Assembly (NCBI GenBank): GCA_963711835.1
Contig: CAVQFQ010000023.1
Location: 6,238 to 38,237 of the forward strand
Length of the DNA stretch: 32,000 bases
Source: an uncultured delta proteobacterium
GTDB taxonomy: Bacteria; Desulfobacterota; RBG-13-43-22
Direction of reading: 5' to 3'
The translations under genes were made by a program, and so were the position numbers. Positions 7,225 through 16,211 of the stretch are shown here, piece after piece. The notes under the pieces are model-generated. The model was not told the origin of the DNA. It saw only the letters and a list, made by a program, of their open reading frames with translations, and did not search any database. Within the stretch, counting starts at the first letter, position 1. Each line of letters starts with the position of its first letter.

Positions 7225-8595
7225 TTACAAGCGGTATTTTTTGATCTTTTCCAGGAGGGTCTTGCGATTGATGCCCAGCAGTTCAGCGGCCTGGGAACGA
7301 TTGCCCTGGGTCTTTTTTAAAACCTGTCCGATGTACTCTTTTTCCAACTCCTGCAGGGTGGCCACCTTTTCCTCGGATAGGGGAAGGTCTTGATGCTTCC
7401 GTTGGATAAACCAGGGGATGTCCTCCGGCCTGAGGATCGGCCCATCCTCCAATATGACGATGCGCTCGATTAAATGCTTCAGCTCCCGGACGTTGCCCGG
7501 CCAGTCATATTCCATCAGCAGTTCCAGGGCCTCCGGGGAAATCCCCTGGATCGTTTTTTTATTTTTTTTGCTGAATTGGCGGAGAAAATAATCGACCAGC
7601 AGGGGGATGTCTTCCCTTCTTTCCTTAAGGGACGGCAAGTGGATGGGAACCACGCTCAGGCGGTAGAAGAGATCCTCACGGAAGAGTCCCTGCCGGATGG
7701 CCTGGCGAAGATCCTGGTTGGTGGAGGCGATGATGCGGATATCGACCTTGATTTTCTTCTCACTGCCGACCTTGATGAATTCCCTCTCCTGGATAACCCG
7801 CAATAATTTGGCCTGGATGTTCAAGCTGAGGTTGGAGATTTCGTCAAAGAAAAAGGTCCCTCCGTTGGCCAGTTCCAAAAAGCCGTGTTTGGTCTGAATG
7901 GCCCCGGTGAAGGAACCCTTGACATGGCCGAAGAGCTCGCTCTCCATCAAGGTCTCCACCAGAGCCGAGCAGTCTACAGCCACGAACTCTTTGTCCCCCC
8001 GGAGGCTGTGTTGCTGGATGGCCCGGGCCACCAGTTCCTTGCCGGTGCCGCTGAAACCATAAATCAGGACCGTGCTGTCGGTGGGGGCCACTTTCTCAAT
8101 GGTCTGAAAGATCTTTTGCATGGCCCGGCTCTTGCCGATCAGCGGGTCGAGACCGCCTTTCAGTTCCATCTGCTTTCTCAAGAGATGGTTCTCCCAGAGG
8201 AGCTGCCTGTGTTCCAGGGCTTTGCGGATGGCCAGCTTCAACTGGTCCGGGCTGAACGGCTTGGTCAGGTAATCAAAGGCCCCCTGCTTAATGGATTGAA
8301 CGGCTGTTCCAATTTCAGGGTAGCCGGTAATCATGATGATTTCAAGCGCACCGCGGACTTCCGATTCGGTAATAGTTCTCAAAACCTCCAGGCCGTCCAT
8401 ATCCGGCATCTTGATATCCAGAAGCACCAGGCTGTAGGCGTTCTGGGCTACTTCTTCCAGGGCCTCCCGGCCGGTGGCCACGGCCTTGACCAGAAAGCCT
8501 TCTTTGATCAAGACCCGACTGATGCCTTCCCGGATGACCGCCTCATCATCCACCACCAGGATTCGGATATCGGGACTCTTCCTAAGCTCCTGCAT
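7225..8595 (-). CDS. sigma54-dependent response regulator (NtrC/Fis family: receiver + AAA+ + HTH)
   Basis: ILVVDDE...LLDIKMPDMDG (receiver), GFSGTGKELVARAI (Walker A), ESELFGHVKGSFTGA (GAFTGA-type loop), and a C-terminal Fis-type HTH NRSQAAELLGINRKTL. Confidence 0.9.
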   Translation of the reverse strand: MQELRKSPDIRILVVDDEAVIREGISRVLIKEGFLVKAVATGREALEEVAQNAYSLVLLDIKMPDMDGLEVLRTITESEVRGALEIIMITGYPEIGTAVQSIKQGAFDYLTKPFSPDQLKLAIRKALEHRQLLWENHLLRKQMELKGGLDPLIGKSRAMQKIFQTIEKVAPTDSTVLIYGFSGTGKELVARAIQQHSLRGDKEFVAVDCSALVETLMESELFGHVKGSFTGAIQTKHGFLELANGGTFFFDEISNLSLNIQAKLLRVIQEREFIKVGSEKKIKVDIRIIASTNQDLRQAIRQGLFREDLFYRLSVVPIHLPSLKERREDIPLLVDYFLRQFSKKNKKTIQGISPEALELLMEYDWPGNVRELKHLIERIVILEDGPILRPEDIPWFIQRKHQDLPLSEEKVATLQELEKEYIGQVLKKTQGNRSQAAELLGINRKTLLEKIKKYRL

Positions 8596-8601
8596 GCGGA
8601 C

Positions 8602-9084
8602 TTATTCCATTCCCGGCACTTCGAAAGCCTGCTCAATGGCCTTAACCGCTGTGGATAAATCGGAGGCCCTGATGACGCAGGAACAAGTGGAGATTGAGGT
8701 ACTGATGGCCATGATATTGATGTTGCGCAAATTCAGGGCCGCGAAAAAAGAGCCGGCAATCCCGGGACGCTCCCGGAAATGGGGGCCGAAGATCGAAACC
8801 ACCGCAATATCCGGATTGGATGTGAGATTTAAAAATTGGATTTGGGGTTTCAGTTCATTTAAAACCGCCAGGGCCTCATCGGCGGCCGAACGGGAGATAC
8901 AGAGGATGACCTGGCTTTCTCCGCGCTGGCTCAAGCAGTGCATGATGAACTCCACGTTGAGGCCCCGACGACCCAGGGATTGAAAAATCAAACCGGCGAC
9001 ACCCGGCCGGTCGGGGATGTTTTCAATACTGACCAGGCTTAAATCGGTGTGCTCGATGATTCCACCCAGTTTGATCTTTTTCAT
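8602..9084 (-). CDS. Tandem ACT-domain protein (aspartate-kinase regulatory-domain-like)
   Basis: 160 aa with two repeats of the ACT-type pattern (IPDRPGVAGLIFQSLGRRGLNVEFI; FRERPGIAGSFFAALNLRNINIMAI). No catalytic domain is present. Confidence 0.6.
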   Translation of the reverse strand: MKKIKLGGIIEHTDLSLVSIENIPDRPGVAGLIFQSLGRRGLNVEFIMHCLSQRGESQVILCISRSAADEALAVLNELKPQIQFLNLTSNPDIAVVSIFGPHFRERPGIAGSFFAALNLRNINIMAISTSISTCSCVIRASDLSTAVKAIEQAFEVPGME

Positions 9085-9309
9085 TTTTTTCCTTTTGGCG
9101 CTTGTTCCAGCCGCTATCCGCTACCAGCTCAACACTCTGAACTCTTAATATCGTTCAAAGGTTTTGGCACTGGTGTAGCATGGCCTGACTTGGGGACCGG
9201 GATCAGGCTGCCGGCGTTTTGGCGGACAATCCTTCAAATCGAGACCCCCGGTCCCTTTCCATCGGGTATCAGAAACATAATACCACAACCTTTGGACGAT
9301 ACCGAACTC

Positions 9310-9756
9310 TTAGATTTGCCCCATCAGGAGCCGGCGGGTGCGCTGCAGGCGTTTGGCAATGATGATGCACAAATTCCGCATCACTTTAAAGCCCAGCGCC
9401 GGATGTTGCGTTAGGACTTGGTTGAACGCTTTTCGCTCGAACGATAAGACCCGGGTTTTTTCCAGGCAGATGGCCGTGGCGCTAAGCTGATACGGTTCAA
9501 CCAGGGCTGACCAGCCGAAGGGGCTGCCTTTTTTTTTAATTATTTCAAAGGTGACCTCCAGACCTTCGGACAGGGCTGTTTTCACGGCCACTACCCCTCG
9601 ATCCAGCAGATAGACCCTTTCGCCCAGGGTATCCTGATAAAAGATGATCGACCCGGTAGGAAAGGTTTCGGCCTCGGCCAGTGGAGTTAAGAGTTCCAGA
9701 TCGTGGGAGGATATCTTGTTAAACAATTCACTCTGTTTGACTGGGCTAAGAACCAT
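9310..9756 (-). CDS. Cyclic-nucleotide-binding domain protein (no DNA-binding domain)
   Basis: 148 aa with a Crp/cNMP beta-roll pattern (FYQDTLGERVYLLDRGVVAV...GSPFGWSAL...ATAICLEKTRVLSFERKAF). The start overlaps the upstream kinase stop by 11 nt. Confidence 0.7.
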   Translation of the reverse strand: MVLSPVKQSELFNKISSHDLELLTPLAEAETFPTGSIIFYQDTLGERVYLLDRGVVAVKTALSEGLEVTFEIIKKKGSPFGWSALVEPYQLSATAICLEKTRVLSFERKAFNQVLTQHPALGFKVMRNLCIIIAKRLQRTRRLLMGQI

Positions 9757-11248
9757 GGCTATCCCTTTCTGTTGGAATGGATGGAATCAGGACCTTAAAG
9801 CAGGTGCCCCGGTCCGGATGACTTTCCACCTGAATGTACCCCAAATGGGCCTCGACCAGACGCTTGACAATAGGCAATCCCAAACCGGTTCCGATGATCT
9901 GCCGGGTTTTCTCATTTTTTACCCGGAAAAAGCGATCAAAGATCCTCGGAAGATCCTGGGGGGATATGCCTATGCCGGTGTCTGAAACCTGGATGAGGAG
10001 GTATTCCGCTTCAGGGCTTAGGGAAACCTGAATAGACCCTCCTTCCGGCGTATATTTGACGGCGTTATGAACCAGGTTGGTCAAAATTTCCTCCATGGCC
10101 TGGGGATCGGCATGGACCAAGGGTAGGGGCGAACCGGCTTTTAGGGACAGCTTCTGATTTCTGGCCTCTGCCTGCGGTTTGAACAGGTCAAGGGTCCTTT
10201 CAACCAGGGGCAGAAGCTGGAGCGGCTCTTTTTGTTGAAACTGAATCCCGGCCTCGATCTGGGAAATATCCAAAAGATTGCGGATGAGTTCCAGGAGACC
10301 GGACACCCTCTCCTTGGATCGACCCAGGAGTTCTTTCTGCTTGGGGCTGACTTCCCCGGCCAGTCCCTCCAGGATAACCGAGATCTGCTGCGAAATAGCG
10401 GACAAAGGGGCCCTGAGCTCATGGGAAACCATGGCCACAAACTCGCTTTTCATCTGATCCAGGGCCTTCAGGTAGCTGATATCCTGGAGCACGGTCACCG
10501 ACCCCAGCATCTCTTCGGAATCTCCCCGGACCGCGGCGGTATGGGCCCGCAAATAAACCGGATCGTTTTGTCCTAAAGAAAATTCCTGGGAAATCACCGA
10601 AGGGCTTTCTCCCTGAGTTAAGACCTGGCCGATGGCCTCGGAAAGGAGTTTTAATTCAGAAGAGTCGGGCAAGGGCTTACCCAGGAGATCCAGGGGCGGC
10701 AACCTGAGTAAATGGATCGAAGCCGGATTATGGAGGACGATGTTTTGGTCCCGGTCGGTTACCAGCACCCCGCTGGCCATGCAGTGAATGATGGTCTGAA
10801 TCCGTCCTTTCTCCGTGGCGATGTCTTTAAGGCTTTTTGCCTGTTCTTGGCGCAACCGCTCGGCTTCGATCTGGAGGGCCCTTTTCTCTAAGGCTCGACG
10901 GACAACCAAACGGAGCTGATCCGGTGTGAAGGGCTTGGTAATAATGTCATAGGCCCCGCGCTTCATGGCCTCCACAGCCAGTTCCACGGTGGCATGTCCG
11001 GTGATGATGAGTACGATTTGATCGGGGGAAAGAGCCTGAACCTTTTCCAGAACATCCATGCCGTTCATGACGGGCATCATGATGTCCAGCAGGACCAGAT
11101 CAAACGGTTTTTTCTGTAAGAGTTCCCAGGCCTGGGCCCCATTTTCTACCAAGGTGATTTGATATTTTTCCCTGGAAAGGATGCGCTGGATCCCGTCTCG
11201 AATTACTTTTTCGTCATCAGCCAAAAGTAAGGAATAGTCTGAACCCAT
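9746..11248 (-). CDS. Hybrid receiver-PAS-histidine kinase
   Basis: N-terminal receiver (LLADDE...LLDIMMPVMNGMD...KPF), a coiled linker, a PAS-like segment, HisKA (FVAMVSHELRAPL) and HATPase_c (NLVHNAVKYTPEGG...DTGIGI...GTGLGLPIVK). Confidence 0.9.
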   Translation of the reverse strand: MGSDYSLLLADDEKVIRDGIQRILSREKYQITLVENGAQAWELLQKKPFDLVLLDIMMPVMNGMDVLEKVQALSPDQIVLIITGHATVELAVEAMKRGAYDIITKPFTPDQLRLVVRRALEKRALQIEAERLRQEQAKSLKDIATEKGRIQTIIHCMASGVLVTDRDQNIVLHNPASIHLLRLPPLDLLGKPLPDSSELKLLSEAIGQVLTQGESPSVISQEFSLGQNDPVYLRAHTAAVRGDSEEMLGSVTVLQDISYLKALDQMKSEFVAMVSHELRAPLSAISQQISVILEGLAGEVSPKQKELLGRSKERVSGLLELIRNLLDISQIEAGIQFQQKEPLQLLPLVERTLDLFKPQAEARNQKLSLKAGSPLPLVHADPQAMEEILTNLVHNAVKYTPEGGSIQVSLSPEAEYLLIQVSDTGIGISPQDLPRIFDRFFRVKNEKTRQIIGTGLGLPIVKRLVEAHLGYIQVESHPDRGTCFKVLIPSIPTERDSHGS

Positions 11249-11322
11249 TTATGAAAAAACCTCTTTTTATTCCATTGATCTCATTTTTTTAGGACCAGCG
11301 GTTATGGGCTTTGGCGGATAAA

Positions 11323-13284
11323 CTAACTGATCCCCAGCAGGGCTGACTCCTTGGCCTCTTTCTGGGAGGAAGGACCTTCCAGCGGCAGGTGGATGAGGAA
11401 GGTAGTTCCTTGACCTACCTGGCTTTGGACTTCAATGGTTCCCCCGTGTTCTTGGATGATCCCGTAGACCGTACTCAACCCCAACCCGGTTCCTTTCCCG
11501 ACCTCTTTGGTGGTAAAGAAGGGGTCGAAGATCCGGGAAAGGATTTCAGGAGGGATTCCAGCCCCGGTATCGCTGAGTTCCAAGGCGATTTTATCGTCGC
11601 CGGGAAGAGTGTAGGTGCGCAAGGTCAAGGTTCCGTTACCGCCCATGGCATCAGCGGCGTTGGTCATTAAATTGATAATGACCTGATTCAACTGCCCGGG
11701 ATCGGTGATGATTTCAGGCAGCCCGGGATCCAGCTCCTCCACCACGTGGATATTATGGAACAGGGCTTGTTTTCCCAAGAGGCTGACGGTCTGCTTTACC
11801 GATTGATTGGGGTTCCAGGGAACCCAGCGATGCTGGGTCTGGCGGCTGAATTCGAGCAGCTCCTTGACGATCTCCTTGCAGCGCATGGTTTGTTCAACAA
11901 TCTGAGCCAGGTCGTCCCACCGGGAATCTTCCCGGCCTGTTTCTTCCAATAGCATATTGGCGTAGATGAGGATTCCACCCAGGGGGTTATTGATTTCATG
12001 GGCCACTCCGGCCGCCAATTTACCCAGCGAGGCCATCTTCTCCGAATGCAGCAGCTTGAGATGGGTTTCTTCCAGCTCCTTTTGCAAACGGATTCGTTCT
12101 CGAAGATCCGTAAAAATCCCCACACTGGCAATTTCCTGCCCGTTTTCATCATAGATTAAGGCTGCGGAAAGATTGGCGGGAAAGGATTCCCCCAGCTTGG
12201 TAACCAGGGTGACCTGGGTGCCGCCCAATTTTCCCGGGGGGCCATAATCACTGCTGCGAAGCCGGCGCATGATATCTTTGGCCAGGCCCTCCGGGTAAAT
12301 CTGGGTGATATGGAATTGTTCCAAAGCCACTTCGGCAGTGTAACCCAGCAAGCGTTCCGCCCCCTGATTAAAGACGATTATTTTCCCTTTCATATCAGCG
12401 GCGATAATGCCGTCCACGGAACTGATAATGATGTTTTTCAGAAAATTATTGGTTTTTCGGAGTTCGTTTTCAAAACGGATCCGTTCAGAAAGATCCCGCA
12501 GGTAAGCATAGGTCTTGAGTTGCCCTTCAATCGCGGCCAGGGCCAGACAAATCTCCACTTCCCGGGGGATACGGGAGGCACTGATAATTTTAAACTGGGT
12601 GCAGACTTTACGGTTTTCATTGGATTTCAGGCGCATCTGGGTCGGCAGAGCCAAAAGAAATTCCCGATCTTCTTCGGAGAGTAAGGACCGGAAATCCAAG
12701 CCGATCAGTTGGTCCTTGGAGAAACCGGTAATATCGGAAGCCAGGGAATTGGCGAATTCGATCCGGTAATTCTGGTCAAAAACCAGGATGCCGTCGTTGC
12801 CCATTTCAATTATTTTCTGAAGGGCCTGGTGAACGTCCAGCAACCGCCTTTCCATGGACTTATAGGCCGAGATATCCCGGAGCAGGGCATAAATCTGATT
12901 TCGTTCAAAAAGGCTGGGGCTGGAAAACAGGGTCAGTTCCGCATCCTTGATTTCCTGCTGGGGAGTCAGCAGTTTAACCTCGGAAGAGACCTTGAGTTTC
13001 GATTTCAGAATCGGGGGCTGGAGCATGTCCCGGAGGATAGGCTGGTCCTGAGGAGTGAAAAGAGAAAAAATATCCTGGTGAATCAAGTTGGGCAGGGAGG
13101 TGCCGGTAATGAGGGCCGCCTGTTCATTGGCCCAATTGATTTTCATGTCGGAGCCTAAAATCACCAGCCCCTCTCCGCCGATCTGGCCCATGGTCTGGAG
13201 GGTTTCCTCTAGATAGACCAGGCGCTGCTCAGGGGACAGCGAGGGCTGGTTCACCAGATGAGAGGGACTGCCAGCTTCGTTCAT
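11323..13284 (-). CDS. Multi-PAS sensor histidine kinase
   Basis: Several PAS-like repeats, an H-box ([12 protein letters not shown]) and HATPase_c ([10 protein letters not shown]...DTGAGIPPE...[13 protein letters not shown]). The ATG at 13284 is preferred (GGGAG 8 nt upstream). The track starts 3 nt earlier at TTG. Confidence 0.9.
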   Translation of the reverse strand: MNEAGSPSHLVNQPSLSPEQRLVYLEETLQTMGQIGGEGLVILGSDMKINWANEQAALITGTSLPNLIHQDIFSLFTPQDQPILRDMLQPPILKSKLKVSSEVKLLTPQQEIKDAELTLFSSPSLFERNQIYALLRDISAYKSMERRLLDVHQALQKIIEMGNDGILVFDQNYRIEFANSLASDITGFSKDQLIGLDFRSLLSEEDREFLLALPTQMRLKSNENRKVCTQFKIISASRIPREVEICLALAAIEGQLKTYAYLRDLSERIRFENELRKTNNFLKNIIISSVDGIIAADMKGKIIVFNQGAERLLGYTAEVALEQFHITQIYPEGLAKDIMRRLRSSDYGPPGKLGGTQVTLVTKLGESFPANLSAALIYDENGQEIASVGIFTDLRERIRLQKELEETHLKLLHSEKMASLGKLAAGVAHEINNPLGGILIYANMLLEETGREDSRWDDLAQIVEQTMRCKEIVKELLEFSRQTQHRWVPWNPNQSVKQTVSLLGKQALFHNIHVVEELDPGLPEIITDPGQLNQVIINLMTNAADAMGGNGTLTLRTYTLPGDDKIALELSDTGAGIPPEILSRIFDPFFTTKEVGKGTGLGLSTVYGIIQEHGGTIEVQSQVGQGTTFLIHLPLEGPSSQKEAKESALLGIS

Positions 13285-13667
13285 CAATAGAACTCCCTAC
13301 CACACCGAGAAGGTCTAAGAAGAGTTGCCAGATAAACCGGAAGACAAAAAGAGAGCCTATCTTATCAGAAAAATAGCCCCAGTCAATTCAATACCGGAAG
13401 GTGACCGCCTTTTTAACGGGAGGATCATAAACCCGGGGCTCCTATTTTTTACCAGCCGACCTGGTCTTTTTTCGACATGGCCGCCGCCAATCGGTCCTGG
13501 ATATCAATGATCGTTAAAGATGGAAACCCGTTGTCCCGGCCTGATAAGCCCAATGGCTTCCCTGGCCTTGGATCGCTTCCCCATGTAATTATCGGCTGAA
13601 CCCCTGACGCCCATGGAATTCTCTTGAGGAAGCGGTCCGGCGCTTCGGAAAAGGATCGGCTTTGGGA

Positions 13668-13696
13668 TATACATTCCGGGGAAAGGATGGTACAAT
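13668..13696 (+). promoter_or_regulatory. Candidate sigma70 promoter with extended -10 for the GalT-like/glgA genes
   Basis: TATACA (13668-13673), a 17-nt spacer, then TGgTACAAT (-10 at 13691-13696). It lies about 45 nt upstream of the ATG at 13741. Confidence 0.35.
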
Positions 13697-13740
13697 ACCA
13701 GCCGGTTTTGAAAAGGATTGGGGTCGGGAAGGAGGAAGTA

Positions 13741-14745
13741 ATGCCGGAACTGCGCAAGGATCCTGTTGTCGGACGGTGGGTCATCATATCGACGGAACGG
13801 GCCAGAAGGCCTCATGATTTCGCCCCGGAAGAGGAGACGGTGAAGGGGGGATTCTGCCCCTTTGACCCGGGCAATGAAAAAGTCACCCCGCCCGAAATCA
13901 TCGCTTATCGTCAACCGGGCACCCAGCCCGACAGCGAGGGCTGGACCCTCCGGGTAGTGGCCAACAAATTCCCCGCCCTGGTTATTGAAGGGACCTTAAG
14001 TAAGGTCGGGGAAGGGCTCTACGACAAAATGAACGGCATCGGGGCCCATGAGGTTATTATTGAAACCCCCCATCACGAGGAAACCCTTTCCACCATGGCG
14101 GTGGACCGTTTTGCCGATGTCCTCCGGGCCTACCGGGATCGTATCATCGATCTCTCCCGAGACCCTCGTTTTCGCTATATCTTAATTTTCAAGAACCAGG
14201 GCCGCTCCGCCGGCGCTTCCCTGGAGCACAGCCATTCCCAACTGATCGCCCTGCCCGTCATACCGGAGATTGCTTCCGAGGAACTGAACGGTTCCAAAAG
14301 ATATTACAGTTACCGGGACCGGTGCGTCTATTGTGATATTGTCCGCCAGGAATTGGAGGCCAAGGTCAGGGTCATAACCGAAAACCAGGATTTTTTGGTT
14401 TGCGCTCCCTATGCCCCCCGCTCCCCCTTTGAAGTCTGGATCATTCCCAAAGAACATAACGCCGTCTATACCGAACTGGAAGAGGCCAAATTCCCCTCGC
14501 TGGCCCGAATTTTTTCCGAAACCTTGAAAAGGCTGGACAAGGCCCTGGATTCCAGGCCTTACAATTTTATGCTCCATACTTCCCCCCTGAAGGAAAACCA
14601 CCAGGATTATTATCACTGGCATTTCGAAATCGTCCCCAAACTGACCCGCATTGCCGGTTTTGAATGGGGATCGGGATTTTATATCAATCCCACGCCTCCC
14701 GAGGAAGCGGCCCGGTTTTTAAGAGAGGTTAATCTGGAGGAGTAA
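13741..14745 (+). CDS. galT: GalT-family (HIT superfamily) hexose-1-phosphate nucleotidyltransferase / ADP-glucose phosphorylase-like protein
   Basis: MPELRKDPVVGRWVIIS..RA.RP, CPFDPGNE and the HSHSQ nucleotidyl-His motif. A strong RBS GGAAGGAGGAAGTA precedes the ATG at 13741. The longer track ORF from 13624 has no support. The stop is 2 nt before glgA. Confidence 0.75.
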   Translation: MPELRKDPVVGRWVIISTERARRPHDFAPEEETVKGGFCPFDPGNEKVTPPEIIAYRQPGTQPDSEGWTLRVVANKFPALVIEGTLSKVGEGLYDKMNGIGAHEVIIETPHHEETLSTMAVDRFADVLRAYRDRIIDLSRDPRFRYILIFKNQGRSAGASLEHSHSQLIALPVIPEIASEELNGSKRYYSYRDRCVYCDIVRQELEAKVRVITENQDFLVCAPYAPRSPFEVWIIPKEHNAVYTELEEAKFPSLARIFSETLKRLDKALDSRPYNFMLHTSPLKENHQDYYHWHFEIVPKLTRIAGFEWGSGFYINPTPPEEAARFLREVNLEE

Positions 14746-14747
14746 CT

Positions 14748-16208
14748 ATGAAGATTCTGTTTGTTACATCCGAAATCAGTCCTTTTTCACGGGCCGGCGG
14801 CTTAGCTGATATTTCTCAGGCCCTGCCTGTCACTCTGGCTAAAATGGGCCATGAATTGCTTATTGTTTCTCCCAAATACCGACAAGTCCAGAACTTTAAG
14901 TCTTCTCTGAAACTGCTCGATACCGTCCTGGAGGTACCGATTTCCTGGATGAAAAAGCCCGCTCAGATTTATCAGGCCGACCTGGCGGAGGGGGTGGAGG
15001 TTTACTTCATCTCTCGCGATGAACTCTACAACCGCGAGGATTTATACGGGAATGAGTACGGCGATTACCAGGATAATGCCGAGCGGTTTATTTTTTTCTC
15101 CCGGGCTACCCTGGAGTTATGCCGGGCCTTGCATCTTTCCCCGGATATTATTCATTGTAATGACTGGCAAACCGGCCTCATCCCGGTTTACCTGAAAACC
15201 CTTTATGCTCAGGACCCGGAGTTTAAATCCGCCGCCTCGCTCTTTACGATTCATAACCTGGGCTATCAGGGTCTTTTCTGGCACTATGATCTCCACCTGA
15301 CCGGTCTGGGCTGGGAACTGTTCACCCCCCAGGCCTTGGAATTTTTTGGAAAAATCAATCTAATGAAAGGAGGGATCTTTTTTGCCGATCTTTTGAACAC
15401 CGTCAGCCCCACCTATCGAAAGGAGATCCTTTCGCCTGAAAACGGTTTCGGATTGGAAGGCGTCTTACGCACACGGGAAAAGGATTTATACGCCGTTCTG
15501 AACGGGGTCGATTACAACATCTGGGACCCGGCCCGGGATCCCCTTCTTCCGGCGCCCTACAGCGCCGACAAGCCGGAAAATAAAAAGGCCGCCAAGTCTC
15601 ATCTCCAGGATTTATTCCACCTGAAAAAAAAGTCGGAAGTCTCTTTGGTGGCCATCATCTCCCGCCTTTTGGACCGCAAAGGACTGGATCTGGTAAGTCA
15701 AATCTTCCCGCGCCTGATGGAGCTGGAGGTGGAGATCATTCTGATGGGCCAGGGGGTGGATCACTATCAAAGTTGGGCCTTGGAAATGAGCCGAAAGTAC
15801 CCCGGTCTGGTCGGGGTCGAAATGGGCTATAACGATTCCCTGGCCCATAAGATACAGGCCGGAGCCGATATCCTGCTCATGCCTTCCCGGTATGAACCCT
15901 GCGGCCTGGATCAATTGCATGCCTTGAAGTACGGCACGATTCCGATCGTCCGGGCCGTAGGAGGCTTGGATGATACGGTCGAGGACTACCATGCCGAGAC
16001 CGATCAGGGAACGGGCTTTAAATTTAAGGAATATGAAGTTGAAAAATTATGGCAGGCCATCCAGAGGGCCTTGGCGGTTTACCGGGACAAACCCCGCTGG
16101 CTTCGTTTGGTTCAAAGGGCCATGACCCAGGATTTTTCCTGGAATAAGTCGGCTTCCCAATACCTGGCCCTGTATCAAAAAGCCCTGGAAAAAAAGAGAA
16201 GGACCTAA
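14748..16208 (+). CDS. glgA: Glycogen (starch) synthase, ADP-glucose type
   Basis: MKILFVTSEISPFSRAGGLADISQALP is the classic GlgA N-terminus (KxGGL-like). Also IHCNDWQTGLIP and a C-terminal GT-B block PSRYEPCGLDQLHALKYGTIPIVRAVGGLDDTV. Confidence 0.9.
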   Translation: MKILFVTSEISPFSRAGGLADISQALPVTLAKMGHELLIVSPKYRQVQNFKSSLKLLDTVLEVPISWMKKPAQIYQADLAEGVEVYFISRDELYNREDLYGNEYGDYQDNAERFIFFSRATLELCRALHLSPDIIHCNDWQTGLIPVYLKTLYAQDPEFKSAASLFTIHNLGYQGLFWHYDLHLTGLGWELFTPQALEFFGKINLMKGGIFFADLLNTVSPTYRKEILSPENGFGLEGVLRTREKDLYAVLNGVDYNIWDPARDPLLPAPYSADKPENKKAAKSHLQDLFHLKKKSEVSLVAIISRLLDRKGLDLVSQIFPRLMELEVEIILMGQGVDHYQSWALEMSRKYPGLVGVEMGYNDSLAHKIQAGADILLMPSRYEPCGLDQLHALKYGTIPIVRAVGGLDDTVEDYHAETDQGTGFKFKEYEVEKLWQAIQRALAVYRDKPRWLRLVQRAMTQDFSWNKSASQYLALYQKALEKKRRT

Positions 16209-16211
16209 CTT

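Noticed and set aside
9165-9180. Plus-strand TGGCAC-N5-TAGCA as a functional sigma54 promoter
   Set aside because: It has no plus-strand gene downstream and would transcribe antisense into the cNMP-binding gene. The -12 element has a mismatch. I kept it only as part of a low-interest observation.
13325-13914. Small ORFs (61-136 aa) in the divergent region between the PAS kinase and the GalT-like gene
   Set aside because: They have no RBS and no recognisable motifs, and they overlap each other in different frames. The region is better explained as a roughly 450-nt divergent promoter region. The GalT-like start at 13741 has a strong RBS.
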